A model generated the notes under the pieces. It was given only the letters and a program-made list of their open reading frames with translations. It was not told the origin of the DNA and did no database searches. Shown piece after piece: positions 61,811 to 64,000 of a stretch of DNA of 64,000 bases. The stretch is taken from assembly GCA_029940535.1 (NCBI GenBank), contig JAPYUM010000014.1, forward strand, positions 1,007 through 65,006, read 5' to 3'. The DNA is from Vicinamibacterales bacterium. GTDB taxonomy: Bacteria; Acidobacteriota; Vicinamibacteria; Vicinamibacterales; UBA8438. Each line of letters begins with the position of its first letter. Positions within the stretch are counted from its first letter, which is position 1. A program made the translations under genes and the position numbers.

Positions 61811-63141
61811 TCATTACCAAGAAGGCAATTCCTCGTCGCACCATACTCCGCGGGCTGGGGGCGTCGTTGGCGCTCCCCCTGCTGGACGGCATGGTTCCCG
61901 CGTTCGCGGCGGTCCGCAACACGGCGGCCAACCCGACGCGTCGGCTGGGGATTGTGTATGCCCCGAACGGAATGATGATGGACCACTGGACCCCGACGAC
62001 CGAGGGGATCGGGTTCGACTTCCCGACGATTCTGCAGCCGCTCCAACCGTATCGTGATGACATCCATGTGTTGTCCGGTATGCACGGCGTGGAGAGCGAG
62101 GGGCCACACGCCCGTGCCTCCACCCGGTTCCTGACCGGCGTGCCGTCCAAACCGGACGACGGGTCCGACCTGCTGGGCGGGGTGTCGATGGACCAGATCG
62201 CGGGGCGCGTGCATGGTGGCGAAACGCAGCTCGCCACGCTCGAGCTGGCGCTCGATGGTCGCGATTTTGCCGGGTCCTGCGACGATGGATTTAGTTGTGC
62301 GTACACGAACACCATCGCCTGGGCGAACGAGTCGACGCCGCTGCCGATGGAGAACAATCCGCGCGCGGTGTTCGAGTTGCTGTTCGGCGATACCGGGAGC
62401 ACCGACCCGGCCATCCGACAGGCGCGGCTGTCGAAGGATGCGAGCTTGCTGGACTCGGTCACCGAGCGTGCCGCCGAACTGTCACGACAGCTCGGGGGAA
62501 GCGACCAGGCCAAGCTGGGTCAGTATCTCGACGCCGTACGGGACATCGAGCGCCGGATTCAGATGGCTGAAGCGCAGAGCGACCGTGAGCTGCCGGTCGT
62601 CGCGCAGCCGGCCGGCATTCCCGGCACCATGGCTGAGCACGCGAGGCTCATGTTCGACCTGATGGCGGTGGCCTACGAGACCGATCTCACGCGCGTGACC
62701 ACGTTCATGCTGGGTCGCGAGATCACGGGACGGACCTACGCCGAGATTGGCGTGCCGGATGCGCACCACCCGATCTCGCACCACCAGAAGGACCCGGAGA
62801 AGCTGGCCAAGCTCACCAAGATCAACCAGTACCACGTACAGCTCTTCGCCGAGTTCATCGAGCGTCTCAGAACCACACCAGACGGTGACGGTTCCCTGCT
62901 TGATCATTCGATGATCGTCTACGGCGCCGGGATGGGCGACAGCAACACCCACGCGTCCCAGAATCTCCCGATTCTGCTCGCCGGCGGGGGCGCGGGTACC
63001 GGTGGCCGCCATACCAGGTATCCGGAGGATACGCCGCTGGCGAACCTGCACCTGAGTCTGCTGGACAAGATGGGCGTACCGTTGGACCAGCTCGGGCACA
63101 GCACTGGGCGGCTTCCGCTGGATCCGCTGTTGAACGCGTAA
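61807..63141 (+). CDS. DUF1552-family protein with a twin-arginine-like signal
   Basis: 444 aa. RRTILRGLGASLALPLL, HHPISHH, and a 4-nt overlap with the DUF1592-type gene, its usual partner. Confidence 0.8.
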   Translation: MIITKKAIPRRTILRGLGASLALPLLDGMVPAFAAVRNTAANPTRRLGIVYAPNGMMMDHWTPTTEGIGFDFPTILQPLQPYRDDIHVLSGMHGVESEGPHARASTRFLTGVPSKPDDGSDLLGGVSMDQIAGRVHGGETQLATLELALDGRDFAGSCDDGFSCAYTNTIAWANESTPLPMENNPRAVFELLFGDTGSTDPAIRQARLSKDASLLDSVTERAAELSRQLGGSDQAKLGQYLDAVRDIERRIQMAEAQSDRELPVVAQPAGIPGTMAEHARLMFDLMAVAYETDLTRVTTFMLGREITGRTYAEIGVPDAHHPISHHQKDPEKLAKLTKINQYHVQLFAEFIERLRTTPDGDGSLLDHSMIVYGAGMGDSNTHASQNLPILLAGGGAGTGGRHTRYPEDTPLANLHLSLLDKMGVPLDQLGHSTGRLPLDPLLNA

Positions 63142-63165
63142 CGCGTCCCGCAGTCGAAGTTCGGA

Positions 63166-63197
63166 GGGCCGGTCCCGGGGTGGGACCGGCCCTTTTT
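63166..63197 (+). terminator. Rho-independent terminator after the DUF1552 gene
   Basis: GGGCCGGTCCC-GGGGT-GGGACCGGCCC (perfect 11-bp stem) followed by TTTTT. Confidence 0.7.
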
Positions 63198-63235
63198 CGT
63201 GTGGACTGAGGACCCGCGGTCCGGGTGGAGGAGTC

Positions 63236-64000
63236 ATGGACACTCACGACGCGCTCATTCGGCAGGAGTTTACGAAGCAAGCCGATGCCTATGCCAGTAA
63301 TCCGACGATTGTCGACAGCGACTGGTCGGGACGACTCGTCGAATCGCTCGGCCCAACGTCCGATGATCGCGTGTTGGAGGTAGCGACCGGACCCGGCTAT
63401 GTGGCACTCGCCTTTGCCACGGTGGCCCGCGAAGTGGTCGGGGTCGATCTGACCGACGCCCCGCTGGCGGTCGCCCGGAGGAACCAGGCCGACCGGGGTG
63501 TGACGAATGTGTCGTTTCAGTCGGCCGATGCCAAAGCCCTCCCGTGGCCCGACGGGTCATTCGACATCGTCGTCTGTCGACTCGCGTTTCATCATTTCGA
63601 ATCCCCGGCCAGGGTCCTGGCCGAAATGGTCCGCGTCTGCTGCGACGGCGGGAAAGTCGCGGTCGAGGACATGATCGCCAGCGAGCAGGCGGTCGGTGCC
63701 GACTACTACAACCGCTGGGAGCGACTCCGTGACCCGTCGCATGTTTCCGCGTTGTCCCTTGGTCAACTCGTGTCCTTGTATCGCGATGCGGAACTGGAGA
63801 TCGCCGGACTCAGGCTCGAAGAACGCACGCAGGATGTGGAGCGATGGTTGCGCACGACCGAGACGGCTTCCGACACCGGCGAGAAAATTCGGCGATTGAT
63901 CCGGGACGATGCACGCCGTCAGATCAGCGGGACGCCGATCTTCGACGACCTAGAGGGACGTTTGTGCTTCAGTCATCGAATGGTGACGATAGTGGGGCTG
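63236..64000 (+). CDS. Class I SAM-dependent methyltransferase (type 11/UbiE-like), 3' end runs off the window
   Basis: My own translation from the ATG at 63236 (GGAGGAG upstream): MDTHDALIRQEFTKQADAYA...VLEVATGPGYVALAFA...VVGVDLT...FDIVVCRLAFHHF. Open to the window end; absent from the ORF track. Confidence 0.75.
   Translation, partial: MDTHDALIRQEFTKQADAYASNPTIVDSDWSGRLVESLGPTSDDRVLEVATGPGYVALAFATVAREVVGVDLTDAPLAVARRNQADRGVTNVSFQSADAKALPWPDGSFDIVVCRLAFHHFESPARVLAEMVRVCCDGGKVAVEDMIASEQAVGADYYNRWERLRDPSHVSALSLGQLVSLYRDAELEIAGLRLEERTQDVERWLRTTETASDTGEKIRRLIRDDARRQISGTPIFDDLEGRLCFSHRMVTIVGL

Overview
This is a high-GC bacterial chromosomal segment (GC judged by eye, not computed). I found no rRNA, tRNA, CRISPR array, transposase or integrase. 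About 46 protein-coding genes are supportable; most other long ORFs in the six-frame track are antisense shadow ORFs typical of high-GC DNA.

Gene content falls into five groups:
1. Eight PQQ-dependent dehydrogenase genes of three architectures, labelled PQQ-A to PQQ-H here. Many enzymes around them carry signal peptides: amidohydrolase, tandem CMD, cyclase, HpcH aldolase, VOC, esterase and a beta-lactamase-type hydrolase.
2. A housekeeping block: rlmN, an M50 peptidase, tex, a DEAD-box helicase and a spermidine-synthase-like gene.
3. A co-directional minus-strand run of a mitochondrial/spd-type EF-G, a RecA/KaiC-like ATPase fused to a SLOG-like domain, an ABC-F protein with one fully degenerate ATP site, and a small signal-less subtilase-like protein. 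I consider this the best candidate for an undescribed system.
4. An exported four-gene operon led by a CxxCH plus PHM-like copper monooxygenase.
5. A sugar cluster (ThuA-DUF1080 fusion, xylB, xylA, a TIM-barrel isomerase, a Gfo/Idh/MocA oxidoreductase) interrupted by glnII, which has a sigma-54-like promoter.

Also present are two DUF5916-type barrel paralogs, an exported ankyrin protein next to a DUF1592/DUF1552 pair, and a 52-bp REP-like palindromic element in two full copies and one half copy. The gene families suggest an Acidobacteriota- or Gemmatimonadota-like soil organism, but that is inference only. All functional calls rest on motifs read from the translations; no database search was run.
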